Shown in pieces: positions 19,767 through 29,537 of a DNA stretch of 64,000 nucleotides. Each line of letters begins with the position of its first letter. Position 1 is the stretch's first letter. Source of the stretch: an uncultured Thermoleophilia bacterium (GTDB lineage: Bacteria > Actinomycetota > Thermoleophilia > Gaiellales > Gaiellaceae); NCBI GenBank assembly GCA_963776305.1, contig CAVZMA010000006.1, positions 60,430 through 124,429 on the forward strand, read 5' to 3'. Position numbers and translations under genes: made by a program. The notes beneath the pieces were generated by a model, which was not told the origin of the DNA, ran no database searches, and saw only the letters and a list, made by a program, of their open reading frames with translations.

Positions 19767-21999
19767 GCGATCGGAGCGCTTCGCCTCCCGCGCCGCGAAG
19801 GAGTTGCGCCGCGAGCTGCTCGTCACCCCGTTTCCCGAGCTCGGGCTCGTCGCGGCGAATGGGCCGAACGACCCGGAGCCGGAGCTCGTCGTCGAGGACG
19901 GAGTCGTCGTCAGGATGGACGGCCGCGCCGTGCACGAGTTCGATGTGATCGACCGGTTCCTGGTCGCCCACGGCCTCGATCTCGACGTCGCGGGAGAGGC
20001 GATGGAGCTGCCGGATCTCGACCTGGCGAGAATGCTCGTCGACGTCGACACCTCGCGCGCGGAGGTCGTCAGGCTCGCGCGTGGTCTCACGCCTGCGAAA
20101 CTCGCCCGCGTGGCGGGGCTGCTCGACCCGGTCGAGCTCATGTTCGCGATGAAGAAGTTGCGTGCCCGCCGGGCTCCGGCGAACCAGGCCCACGTCACGA
20201 ACCTGAAGGAGAGCCCGGCGCTGCTCGCCGCCGACGCCGCGGAGGCCGCGGCACGCGGATTCGCCGAGATCGAGACCACCGTCGGCGTTGCGCGGTACGC
20301 GCCGCTGAATGCCATCGCGCTGCTCGTCGGCTCGCAGGCGGGGCGATCCGGCGTGATGACCCAGTGCGCGGTCGAGGAGCGCCGGAACCTCGAGCTCGCG
20401 ATCAACGGGCTCGTCACCTACGCCGAGACGCTCTCCGTCTACGGCACCGAGCAGGTCTTCGTCGACGGCGACGACACGCCGTGGTCGAAGTCGTTTCTGG
20501 GCGCCGCCTACGCGTCGCGCGGAGTCAAGGTCAGGTTCACCTCGGGGACGGGCTCCGAGGCGTTGATGGGCCACGCCGAGGGAATGTCGATGCTGTATCT
20601 CGAGGCGAGGTGCATCTCTGTCGTCCGCGCAGCGGGATCACAGGGGGTGCAGAACGGCTCGATCTCCTGCGTCGCGCTCGTGCTCTCGCTCCCGGGCGGA
20701 ACGAAGGCGATTCTCGCCGAGAACATGATCGCGGCCTGGCTCGATCTCGAGGTGGCCTCGGGGAACGATGCGATCTCCTCGCATTCGCCGATCAGGAAAA
20801 CCGCGAAGCTGATGGGGCAGTTCCTGCCGGGCACCGACTTCGTGACGTCCGGCTACTCCGTGATGCCGCGTCACGACAACACGTTCGGCGGCGGCAACTA
20901 CGACGCCGACGATCTCGACGAGTGGCTGACGATCCAGCGCGACTGGCAGATCGACGGCGGGATCGAGCCGGTGGGCGAGGAGGAGTTGACCAGAGTCCGC
21001 GGTCGAGCCGCGCGTGCCGTGCAGGCGGTCTTCGTGGAGTTGGGACTGCCGCCGGTGACCGATGCAGAGGTCAGCGCGGCGACGACCGGATATGACGCGA
21101 ACGACATGCCCGACCGCGACCGTGCCGCGGACGTGGAGGCGGCGGACGTGGCGCTCGCCCGGAAGGTCTCGGGGCTCGACGTCGCCCTGGCTCTCGATCG
21201 AACGGGCTTCGACGATGTCGCACGGGCGGTCGTCGACATGCAGCGCCAACGCGTCTCCGCGGACTACCTCCAGACGTCGGCGGTGATCGACCCGGACGGG
21301 CTGGTCCGCTCGGCCGTCAACGACCCGAACGCGTATACGGGGCCAGGCAGCGGCTACCGGCTCCAGGGCGCGCGGTGGGAGACGTTGCAGGCGTTGCCCC
21401 ACGTCGTCGATGCAGCGACCCTGGGGACAGGCGATGGATCGGTCGACGACGTCGTCGATGTCGTGGGTGAAGCCGCCGCGGGGACGGATCCCGCCGAAGT
21501 CGTGATCGCGGTTGGACCCGCGTTCGCGGACGCGATTCGCGAGACGATCAACGGCCTCGACCACGGGGCGGTCCTGGCCGCGATCCTCGAGGGTGCGACC
21601 GAGGAGGGGGCGACACCGCGGATCGTCCGCGTCCGGCGGGTCGCCGATGTGGCGTTCATCGCCCATGACGGAGCGCGGCTCTCGGGCTCCGGGGTCGCCC
21701 TCGGGATCCAGTCGAAGGGAACTGCGGTGATCCACCGCGCCGATCTGCAACCCCTCGACAACCTGGAGCTCTTCGGGATGTCACCGCTCTACTCGCTCGA
21801 GAGCTATCGCGCCATGGGGCGCAATGCCGCGGGCTATGCGCTCGGTCGTCGCGTCGGTCCCGTGCCGACCGAGCTCGACAACTTCGCCCGTGCCAAGCTG
21901 ATCGTGCGGACGACGCTGCTGCACGCCCGCGAGACGAGCGCGGTCATCCGTGGTGCGGCACCGCTCGAGCTCGTGCTCGCGCGATCAGCCGTGCCGTAG
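19759..21999 (+). CDS. pduC: B12-dependent diol/glycerol dehydratase, fused large + medium subunits (PduC-PduD)
   Basis: NQAHVTN, YAETLSVYGTE.VFVDGDDTPWSK and QNGSISC (large); VVIAVGPAF, ARLSGSGVALGIQSKGTAVIH and NLELF (medium), all in one 748-aa frame. Confidence 0.9.
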   Translation: MSERSERFASRAAKELRRELLVTPFPELGLVAANGPNDPEPELVVEDGVVVRMDGRAVHEFDVIDRFLVAHGLDLDVAGEAMELPDLDLARMLVDVDTSRAEVVRLARGLTPAKLARVAGLLDPVELMFAMKKLRARRAPANQAHVTNLKESPALLAADAAEAAARGFAEIETTVGVARYAPLNAIALLVGSQAGRSGVMTQCAVEERRNLELAINGLVTYAETLSVYGTEQVFVDGDDTPWSKSFLGAAYASRGVKVRFTSGTGSEALMGHAEGMSMLYLEARCISVVRAAGSQGVQNGSISCVALVLSLPGGTKAILAENMIAAWLDLEVASGNDAISSHSPIRKTAKLMGQFLPGTDFVTSGYSVMPRHDNTFGGGNYDADDLDEWLTIQRDWQIDGGIEPVGEEELTRVRGRAARAVQAVFVELGLPPVTDAEVSAATTGYDANDMPDRDRAADVEAADVALARKVSGLDVALALDRTGFDDVARAVVDMQRQRVSADYLQTSAVIDPDGLVRSAVNDPNAYTGPGSGYRLQGARWETLQALPHVVDAATLGTGDGSVDDVVDVVGEAAAGTDPAEVVIAVGPAFADAIRETINGLDHGAVLAAILEGATEEGATPRIVRVRRVADVAFIAHDGARLSGSGVALGIQSKGTAVIHRADLQPLDNLELFGMSPLYSLESYRAMGRNAAGYALGRRVGPVPTELDNFARAKLIVRTTLLHARETSAVIRGAAPLELVLARSAVP

Positions 22000-22022
22000 G
22001 TCGGCGGCGCTCGCAGGAGGCG

Positions 22023-22048
22023 AGGGCGAGGCTTTGCCTCGCCCCTAC
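22023..22048 (-). repeat. GTAG-type REP palindrome
   Basis: Reverse complement GTAGGGGCGAGGCAAAGCCTCGCCCT; its TAG is the stop codon of the ctaG-like gene. Confidence 0.7.
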
Positions 22049-22830
22049 AGAAGGCCGCGGGAGCGTTGGTCGGCCTGCAGTGCACGCTCGGCGTCGTCCT
22101 CCTCGCGGAGGAGTCGGGCGAGGAGCCAGACGATGACCGCGAAGAAGATCAACGCCTGCTCCGTCGTCATCAGAATCCCGCCGAGGTTCTGGTCCTGGGC
22201 TGCGGAGATCCCCCAGAGCCGTTCCGGCCGCGCCTCGTAGTACCCGTAGAGCGGCGGCGCGAAGGTGAGAGCGAGGCCGAGGAACGCCGACATGACGAAG
22301 GCGGCGAACACGTAACCGATCCTCGCCAGGGTCGGTACGGACCGGGGAGCATCGCTCAGCACGGGCCACCAGAAGAGCAGGCCGATGCTGATCATGAACA
22401 GGTGCTCGACGTTCAACAGCACCGGCTGCCTGAGTGCCGCGTCGTACACCCCTCCGAGATGCACGACGTACCAGCCGACGAGCCAGACCGGGAGCGCGAT
22501 CGTCGGACGCGTGAGGAATGCGAACGGCGACCCGCCGCGGTCTGCGATCGCCGAGCGCATCGCGGGCGTGAGGCCGAGGATGAGGAGCGGCGGCGCCCAG
22601 TCCGAGATGATCACGTTCTGAAGCAGGTGAAAGAGCACCAGATAGTCGACTGCGATCGTCTCGAGCGGCGAGTTCAGTGCAACAACGATCATGACGACGC
22701 CGGCGTAGAACGAAACGCTGCGCCTTCGGCCCGGCGGGTCGCGGCGGGATGCTCTGGCATAGAGCCAGACAGCGCCGGCTCCGAGAGCGAGGAACAGGGG
22801 CTCGAACGTGAACGACCAGGGAGAGCTCAT
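22045..22830 (-). CDS. ctaG: Cytochrome c oxidase assembly factor CtaG (caa3-type), copy 1
   Basis: SPLETIA..LVLFHLLQN, PPLLILG, EHL..GLLFWWPV and DQNLGGILM. Confidence 0.8.
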   Translation of the reverse strand: MSSPWSFTFEPLFLALGAGAVWLYARASRRDPPGRRRSVSFYAGVVMIVVALNSPLETIAVDYLVLFHLLQNVIISDWAPPLLILGLTPAMRSAIADRGGSPFAFLTRPTIALPVWLVGWYVVHLGGVYDAALRQPVLLNVEHLFMISIGLLFWWPVLSDAPRSVPTLARIGYVFAAFVMSAFLGLALTFAPPLYGYYEARPERLWGISAAQDQNLGGILMTTEQALIFFAVIVWLLARLLREEDDAERALQADQRSRGLL

Positions 22831-23675
22831 GCGGGGCGCCCGTCGGCGAGGGCGAGGGCCTCGGCGCGGCGGCGCTGTGACGCACGGAGGAGCAGGACGA
22901 ACGCGACCCCGATTGTGAGAGCCTGCTCGACCATCATCACGACTCCCGCCAGCTTCTGGTCCGTGAGGGCGGAGAGCCCGAGCAGCCTGACCGGCTGATC
23001 GACGTAGGTCGAGAAGAGCGGCGCGGGGTCGAAGAGAATCACATAGGCCATGATCTGAGCGGTCCAGAAGACGAGAGCCGTGTACCCGAGTCGCTCGCCG
23101 AGCGTCAGGCGGTGGTGGCGTGACGGGTCGATGATCTGTGTCCAGACGAGGAGTCCGCCGACGACGAAACTGAGGTGCATGAGGTCGTGCGCCGCGCGGT
23201 GGTGCAGCGCTGCCTCGTACAGTCGCGGCACGTGCCACGAGACGAGGACGACGACCCAGACGGCGTAGCTGACGCCCGGCCGGAGCAGAAACCGCAACGC
23301 GCGACGCAGCCACGCCATCCGAGCGAGGGGCACGAGCAGGTCGCGCGGTACGAAGAACACCGTGAGCGGCCCGCGCACCGCGACGAGCGTGAGGGCGATA
23401 CCGAGGTCGGCGATCAGGACGTGCTGAAGCATGTGGACGCTCTGGAGATACCGCTCGCCGATCACGTCGATCGGAGAGACGATCGCGAGGACGGTGACGA
23501 TCACGCCGCCGACGAAGAGCGGAATGCGCGTCCACGGCGCGAGGTCGGGCCGGCGTCCGTGCAAGCGTCGCCAGCCGTGCAGGAAGAAGCCGATCGCGGC
23601 CAGGCCGACGCCGAGGACGAGCGGCTGGAACGACCAGGCACGCCAGAGATTCTCGGTCGCGAGCACGGCAACCAC
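22827..23675 (-). CDS. ctaG: Cytochrome c oxidase assembly factor CtaG (caa3-type), copy 2
   Basis: SPIDVIGERYLQSVHMLQH, WHVPRLYEAAL and DQKLAGVVM. Confidence 0.8.
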   Translation of the reverse strand: MVAVLATENLWRAWSFQPLVLGVGLAAIGFFLHGWRRLHGRRPDLAPWTRIPLFVGGVIVTVLAIVSPIDVIGERYLQSVHMLQHVLIADLGIALTLVAVRGPLTVFFVPRDLLVPLARMAWLRRALRFLLRPGVSYAVWVVVLVSWHVPRLYEAALHHRAAHDLMHLSFVVGGLLVWTQIIDPSRHHRLTLGERLGYTALVFWTAQIMAYVILFDPAPLFSTYVDQPVRLLGLSALTDQKLAGVVMMVEQALTIGVAFVLLLRASQRRRAEALALADGRPA

Positions 23676-23733
23676 GGTGCCAGGCTAGCTCGTCCTCCGT
23701 GTCCTAGCTTGGCATCGTAAGCGTCGCGTCAGT

Positions 23734-25103
23734 TCAGCTCGAACGTTGCAGCAAGCCCCGGAGGACGACGCCGGCAGCCCGCTTGCCGGAGCGGATCGCG
23801 CCCTCCATGTGCATGTGACCGACGCCCGCAAGATCCGTGCCCGCCCAGTGGATCGGTCCGACAGGGCGCGTCAGATCGGGGCCGAAGCGAGACAGGCCGC
23901 CGATCCCGAACGTTGCGGCGTACGCGCCGCGCGTCCACTCCTCCTGGGACCAGTCGCGCTCGATCACCTCGATCGCGTCCAGAGCGTGAGGACCGAAGAA
24001 CACCGCCAGGCCGTCGAGCACGAGCCTGCGACGCTCGTCTGCGCCGAGACGTTCGGCCGCATGCGCCTTCTCTCCTGCGATGAACGTGCAGAGCACACCT
24101 GGCCGCCCGGCGGGCGGCGTGTTGTCGTAGACCTCGCGGACGAAGTGATACGGCGCAAACCCCTCACCCGCCAGCCCTTCGGCGCGCCAGAACGGCTCGT
24201 CGTAGACGGCGAGGACCTTGATCACATCGCCCTGGGTCATGGCGGCGTGCACGCGCATCCGCCACGCAGGCAGCGACGGCTCGAACCGGATCGCCCCGAC
24301 GACGTTCGGTGGCACCGCGATGATCGCCGCTCGCGCGGTCACCTCGTGGGAGTCCGCCTGGAGTGAGACGCCCCCGTCGGACCACCGGAGCGCTCGCACG
24401 GGCGAGCCGAGGAGGACGCGGTCGCCGAGCCGTTCGGCGAGCCGCAGCGGGATCACCTGCGAGCCGCCGACGATCCGCGAGTTGAGGCAGAGATCAGGCT
24501 CGAACAGGTTGTCGACGCTGCCGGCACCGGCGATCGTCGCCAGGGCGCTGAGCAGCGAGAACGTGTCGGCCGGCTTCGTCATGTACCCGCCGGCCATGAA
24601 CGCGCGGAGCAGATCGCGCGCGAGCGTGTCATCCAGTTCGGCGTCGAGCCACTGTTCGAACGTGATCGCGTCGAGCGTGGCGGCGCGGGGATGCTCCCAC
24701 GGCGCCTCCGGATCGAGCTCCGCGACGAGCGCGTCCAGCTTCGCGACCGCCGGCCTCGTACGCTCGTGCCGACGCCGGCGGTAGCGGCACGTCGTCGCCG
24801 TGATACCGATGGACCGCGCCCTCGGCGTCGACGTAGAGGTGATCGCCCTCACGATACGCGTGGAAGCTTGCGATCCCGAGCTCCGCGAGCAGCGCGTGCA
24901 TCTCGCTCTGATACGGAGCGATCCACTGGCCGCCGAGCTCGTTGGGCTCGCCGCCGATCTCGGTGTTGAGCAGCCGCCCGCCGACGCGATCGCGTGCCTC
25001 GAGGACGACGATCTCGCGCCCGGCCGCGACGAGCTCGGTCGCGGCGATCAGGCCGGCAAGTCCAGCACCGACCACCGCGACGTCGACGTCATGTCCTGAC
25101 CAC
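23734..25103 (-). CDS. Flavin-containing amine oxidase (monoamine/putrescine oxidase-like); frameshifts near 25100 and 24755
   Basis: VVGAGLAGL..LEARDRVGGR, ELGGQW, DWSQEEWTRGAY and HMEGAIRSG; TATCCT -10 element 6 nt before GTG 25103. Confidence 0.85.
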
Positions 25104-25119
25104 GAGGTCAGGATAATCG

Positions 25120-25422
25120 CTATGCCGAGTTCCGGGGCGCCGCACGATGCTTACTGGCGGCTTCGGAGCCGCGGGATCCTGAAGGGGTGCGCGCGGTTTC
25201 AGGTCGAACGTTCCGAGGCCCGGGGGGCATTTCCGCGACGGGCCACGGCTTGCCGCCGACGCCCCAGTTCTTCGGATCGTGGCCGTCGACGATCACCCAC
25301 GTGTGATCGCGGAGGCCGGGGTGGACGGCCTCGCACAAGGCGTCCGTCATGGCGGCGATGATCTTCTCGCTCGCCTCCGGTGTGACGCGGTAGTCGAACA
25401 GCTCGACGCGGATCAGCGGCAT
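25120..25422 (-). CDS. Tautomerase family protein (4-OT-like, Pro-1)
   Basis: MPLIRVEL..IIAAMTDAL..TWVIV..WGVGG. Confidence 0.82.
   Translation of the reverse strand: MPLIRVELFDYRVTPEASEKIIAAMTDALCEAVHPGLRDHTWVIVDGHDPKNWGVGGKPWPVAEMPPGPRNVRPETARTPSGSRGSEAASKHRAAPRNSA
25147..25184. repeat. Diverged partial copy of the ATGCTTnCTG-hairpin-GATCCTGAAG core
   Basis: ATGCTTACTG-GCGGCT-TCGG-AGCCGC-GGGATCCTGAAG has the same flanks as the copies at 38708 and 49361 but a different, still pairing, stem. Confidence 0.5.
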
Positions 25423-25463
25423 GGCCGTGCTCCTTTGCTCGTAGGTGCTTTGATCCTACGAGC

Positions 25464-26147
25464 TCACCGCGCCAGGTAGCCGCCGTCGACCGGGATTACC
25501 GCACCGGTCACGTAGCGCGCATCCTCCGAGAGGAGAAACGCGATCACGTCGGCCACGTCCTCGGGTGTGCCCCAGCGCCCGGCGGGGATCCGGGCGTCGA
25601 TCTCGCGACGGCGCCAGTCCTCGAGCGAGTCCGTCATCTCGGTGACGATGTATCCGGGCGCAACGGCGTTCACGCGGACACCTTTGCCGGCGAGCTCGTT
25701 CGAGAGGGCCTTCGCGAGCTGTGCGATGCCGCCCTTCGAAGCGGCGTAGGCGGAGACGTTGAAGCCGCCCTGGAACGACATCATCGAGCCGAGCAGAACG
25801 ATCGAGCCGCCGTCGCCCTCGATCATCCGCCGAGCGGCGGCCTGGGAGAGTGCAAAGGCGGCGGTCAGGTTGACGTCGATGATGTACTGCCACTCGTCGA
25901 TCGTCGTCTCGAGCACCCCCTTCCGGACGATCGTTCCCGCGTTGCACACGAGGGCGTCGATGCGGTCGAGCCGTTCGACCACCGTCACCGCCGCAGCGGG
26001 GTCGGCGAGGTCGACGCCTGTCGTGCGCTCGGCCGTCTCGACCTGCCACCCGTCCCGGCGCAGGCGTGCCGCCGTGGCGGCACCGATCCCCCGGCTCGTA
26101 CCCGTGACGAGCGCGACGCTCTGGCTCACCGTCGTCGCGACGGGCAA
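25464..26147 (-). CDS. SDR oxidoreductase (KduD-like)
   Basis: TGTSRGIG, SFQGG..AYAASKGG, ARIPAGRWGTPED and VDGGYLAR. Confidence 0.88.
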   Translation of the reverse strand: MPVATTVSQSVALVTGTSRGIGAATAARLRRDGWQVETAERTTGVDLADPAAAVTVVERLDRIDALVCNAGTIVRKGVLETTIDEWQYIIDVNLTAAFALSQAAARRMIEGDGGSIVLLGSMMSFQGGFNVSAYAASKGGIAQLAKALSNELAGKGVRVNAVAPGYIVTEMTDSLEDWRRREIDARIPAGRWGTPEDVADVIAFLLSEDARYVTGAVIPVDGGYLAR

Positions 26148-26162
26148 GGCACGCCTCGCCCG

Positions 26163-26555
26163 TTACCGCTCGACGTGGAGCGACCCGTTGAGGTCGCCGA
26201 GAACGAGGTCGCGCTCGCGGTCGCCGATGTGATCGAGGGGCACGGGGGAGAGTGCCTCGATGAAGGTCACCCCCTGCGCCGAGTAGAGCTCGTGCTCGAC
26301 GCCACGGTTGACGATGCAGGCCTCCCCGGCGCCCATCTCACGGGTCTCGTCGCCGATCGTCATCGAGAGCGAACCGTCGATCACGATCATCGCCTGCTCG
26401 GTGTGCTCGTGACTGTGACGCTTCACCGTCGTGCCGGGCTCGTAGGTGACATGGCCGAGGAACACCTGATCGCCGGCAATCGGGTGGACGCCCACCCCGG
26501 GGAAGATGGGGAAGGGCGCCTCACCCGTGAACGTACGGAAGGGCGACTCCGCCAT
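26163..26555 (-). CDS. Cupin domain protein
   Basis: HSHEHTEQ...GVEH cupin metal motifs. Confidence 0.85.
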   Translation of the reverse strand: MAESPFRTFTGEAPFPIFPGVGVHPIAGDQVFLGHVTYEPGTTVKRHSHEHTEQAMIVIDGSLSMTIGDETREMGAGEACIVNRGVEHELYSAQGVTFIEALSPVPLDHIGDRERDLVLGDLNGSLHVER

Positions 26556-27661
26556 CAGGCGGTCGCTCCGAACGTGATGCCCGTGCCGACCGTGTTCACG
26601 GACAGCTCGGCATCGAAGACGACGGTCTTGCCCTCGCGCTTCGGCTCACCGGCACCGGATTTCTTCGCTTCGAGCGCGCGCAGCACCCGCTCCGGTGTGA
26701 TCGGGAGCTCCGTCACCCACACGCCGACGGCATCGAAGACCGCCGTGGCGATGGCCGGAGGCTGTGCGTTGTTCGCCATCTCGCCGATCCCCTTGGCGCC
26801 GTACGGACCATCCGCAGAGGGGTTCTCGATGATGATCGTGTCGATCTGCGGCAGATCCTCCATGCCGGGGACGAGGTAGGCCCCGAACTGGCTGCCGCGG
26901 TGCTCGACCGACGGGTAGTAGGGGTAGCAGTTCTCCAGCACGCCGAGCCCGAGCCCTTGCACGGCGCCGCCCTCGATCTGCCCTTCGACGAGTGTCGGGT
27001 TGATCGACTTCCCGACGTCGTAGCACTGCCAGAGACGGGTGACCGTGACGACTCCCGTCTCGTCGTCGACCTCGACCTCGGCAGCGCACGAGGCGTACGA
27101 GATCGCCGAGTGAGGCGGAAGGTCGACCTTGCCCGTCTCGGGCTCGACGATCGTCGCGTACGGCTTGAGCTGGGCCCCCGTGCCCGTGATCAGCTCCCCG
27201 TACGTCCAGGTCGCCGCGGCTGCCACGTCGGGCACGCTGATCTTCTTCTGCGGTGCGCCCTTGGCGATCACCTCTCCGTCGATGATCTCGAGGTCGGCGG
27301 GGTCGATCTCGAGCTCCTTGCCCGCGATCTCGAGGATCTTCTGGCGGACGTTCACGGCAGCTTTCTCGGCCGCTTTGCCCGCGACGAAGGTCGCCCGCGA
27401 GGCGAACGTGCCCGTGCAGACCGGCGACGAGTCGGTGTTCGAGTTGTCGTACGTGATCCACTCGTAGGGAACGCCGATCGTCTCGGCCACGATCTGCGAC
27501 TGAATCGTCTTCGAACCGTTGCCGATGTCCGAGGTGCCGGCGAAGACGTCGATCCGGCCGTCCGGCTTGACCTTGATCCACGCCTGCGACGGATCGCCGT
27601 TCTGGTTCATCCCGGTCGGGTACTCGATCGCCGCGAAGCCGCGGCCTGTCTTCACGGACAT
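26555..27661 (-). CDS. Xanthine dehydrogenase family Mo-binding subunit, C-terminal half (NdhM-like)
   Basis: DIGNGSKT..QIVAE, GTFASR, INPTLVEGQIEGG and GPYGAKGIGE (catalytic Glu). Confidence 0.88.
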   Translation of the reverse strand: MSVKTGRGFAAIEYPTGMNQNGDPSQAWIKVKPDGRIDVFAGTSDIGNGSKTIQSQIVAETIGVPYEWITYDNSNTDSSPVCTGTFASRATFVAGKAAEKAAVNVRQKILEIAGKELEIDPADLEIIDGEVIAKGAPQKKISVPDVAAAATWTYGELITGTGAQLKPYATIVEPETGKVDLPPHSAISYASCAAEVEVDDETGVVTVTRLWQCYDVGKSINPTLVEGQIEGGAVQGLGLGVLENCYPYYPSVEHRGSQFGAYLVPGMEDLPQIDTIIIENPSADGPYGAKGIGEMANNAQPPAIATAVFDAVGVWVTELPITPERVLRALEAKKSGAGEPKREGKTVVFDAELSVNTVGTGITFGATA

Positions 27662-29028
27662 CAGTGGGCCTCCGGGTTTCCGAGTTGGCCGACGAGGTGC
27701 TCCGGAAGGAGGTCACCGGTTCGTTGGCCGGGGGTCATCGCTGCGTATTCGGGTGCGAGCTCGTGACCGACGGCATCGGCGATCGCGATGATGGTCGGCA
27801 CGGTCGACGGGTCGGTGTACGGCACCGTGTTCGGCGAGGTGTCACCGATCCGGTTGGCGTTCTTGAGCCGCAGCTCGAATGGATCGATGTCGAGCTCGAG
27901 CGCGATCCGGCTCATGTGCGTCTCCGTCGCGAACGAGACGGAGGTGACGCCGAATCCGCGCATGGCGGTCGTCGGCGTGCGGTTGGTGTAGACGACGTAC
28001 CCGTCGAACTCGAGGTTCGGGATCGAGTAGGCGCCCGTGTGGTGGAAGCTGTGCTTCGTCAGCCCGTACGGTGAGAACCGCGAGTACGCGCCGGAGTCGT
28101 GGAGCGTCAGCATCTTGCGACCGAGGATCCAGCCGTCCTTCGTGACGGCGTCTGCGATCTCCATGTGCCAGGGGGCCCGGGTGGACGAGCAGAGGAACTC
28201 CTCCTCGCGCGTCCACCGCCACTTCACCGGCAAGCCGGACTTCTGGGCGAGAAGAGCGCACATCGTCTCGGTGGCGGTGTCGACCTTGCCGCCGAAGCCG
28301 CCGCCGACCGTGCCGCCGACGACCTTGAGCTTGTTCAGCGGGAGCTGGAGGTGGGCTGCAACGACACCCATCGAGAAGTACAGCGCCTGCGTGCACGAGT
28401 AGATCGTCAGCCGCCCGTTCGCCTCGGGAACGACCTGGCAGACCTGTGTCTCGATCGGCGCGTGCTCGATCGCGGCCGGCCGGTACACGCCCTGCACGAT
28501 CAGGTCCGCCTTGTCGAACGCCTCGTCGATGTTGCCCTTGCGGATCTGGCGGCGGTCCATCTCGCCCTCGAAATGGGGGTACCAGTTCCCCCACTGATGG
28601 ATCTTCGGGGCGTCGGCGTCGAAGGCCTTGCGAAGATCGAAAAGTGCCGGCCGCTCCTCGAAGTCGGCGGTGATCGCGGCCACCGCAGCCATCGCGGTCT
28701 CCTCGTCGGGTGCAGCGACGACCGCGATCGGCTGGCCGAGGTACCGGACTTCGTCCTTGGCGAGCAGCGGCTCGTCCGCAGGGATCCCGAGCGCGGAGAG
28801 ATGCCCGTACTCGAGCAACGGCACGTCCTCCCACGTGATCACGTGCACACCCTTCATCGCCTCTGCCTTGCTCGTGTCGAGGTTCGTGAACGTCGCGCTG
28901 TGCACGGGAGAGCGGAAGGCCTTCACCCAGAGGGTGCCGGGGACCCGGACGTCGTCGACGAACACGGTGCGCCCGGTCGCGTGGGCGACGCCGTCGTAGC
29001 GGGGGACGCGCGCGCCGACCGCTTTCAT
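27661..29028 (-). CDS. Xanthine dehydrogenase family Mo-binding subunit, N-terminal half (NdhL-like)
   Basis: VGARVPRYDG..ATG..FVDD, SCTQA, VGGGFGGK, DSGAY and AMRGFG; clean stop before the next ATG. Confidence 0.88.
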   Translation of the reverse strand: MKAVGARVPRYDGVAHATGRTVFVDDVRVPGTLWVKAFRSPVHSATFTNLDTSKAEAMKGVHVITWEDVPLLEYGHLSALGIPADEPLLAKDEVRYLGQPIAVVAAPDEETAMAAVAAITADFEERPALFDLRKAFDADAPKIHQWGNWYPHFEGEMDRRQIRKGNIDEAFDKADLIVQGVYRPAAIEHAPIETQVCQVVPEANGRLTIYSCTQALYFSMGVVAAHLQLPLNKLKVVGGTVGGGFGGKVDTATETMCALLAQKSGLPVKWRWTREEEFLCSSTRAPWHMEIADAVTKDGWILGRKMLTLHDSGAYSRFSPYGLTKHSFHHTGAYSIPNLEFDGYVVYTNRTPTTAMRGFGVTSVSFATETHMSRIALELDIDPFELRLKNANRIGDTSPNTVPYTDPSTVPTIIAIADAVGHELAPEYAAMTPGQRTGDLLPEHLVGQLGNPEAH

Positions 29029-29537
29029 GCCACACCTCCGAGGTTCGTCATCGCGGTACCTGCGGCCGTGACGGAGAGGTCGAACGACTCCCCGCGTGCC
29101 GCCGCTGCCACGGCGTCGATGATCTTGACGTAGCCGGTGCACCGGCAGACGTGGCCGCCGAGCGCCTCCTGGATCGCTTCGTGATCGTCGCTGCCGCCGC
29201 GGTCGATGTACGCCTGCGCGGCCATCATCATGCCCGACGTGCAGAAGCCGCACTGGGCGGCGTAGTGGTGCGTGAACGCCTGCTGCACAGGTGACATGTG
29301 CTCCGGCGAGCCGAGTCCTTCCACCGTGGTGATCGCAGCGCCGTCCACGGCGCCGACAGGCGTCAGGCACGAGCGTCGCGGCTCGCCGTCGATGAGCACG
29401 GTGCAGGCGCCGCAGCCGCCCTGCTCGCACCCGACCTTCGGGCTCGTGACGCCGAGCTCCTCGCGCAGCACGTCGAGCAGGCTCCTCAGAGGGCCGCTCT
29501 CGATGGAGGTGTCGACCCCGTTGACCGTGAGGTTCAT
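29025..29537 (-). CDS. [2Fe-2S] subunit of Mo hydroxylase
   Basis: GCEQGGCGACTV..SC, QCGFCTSG and CRCTGY. Confidence 0.92.
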   Translation of the reverse strand: MNLTVNGVDTSIESGPLRSLLDVLREELGVTSPKVGCEQGGCGACTVLIDGEPRRSCLTPVGAVDGAAITTVEGLGSPEHMSPVQQAFTHHYAAQCGFCTSGMMMAAQAYIDRGGSDDHEAIQEALGGHVCRCTGYVKIIDAVAAAARGESFDLSVTAAGTAMTNLGGVA

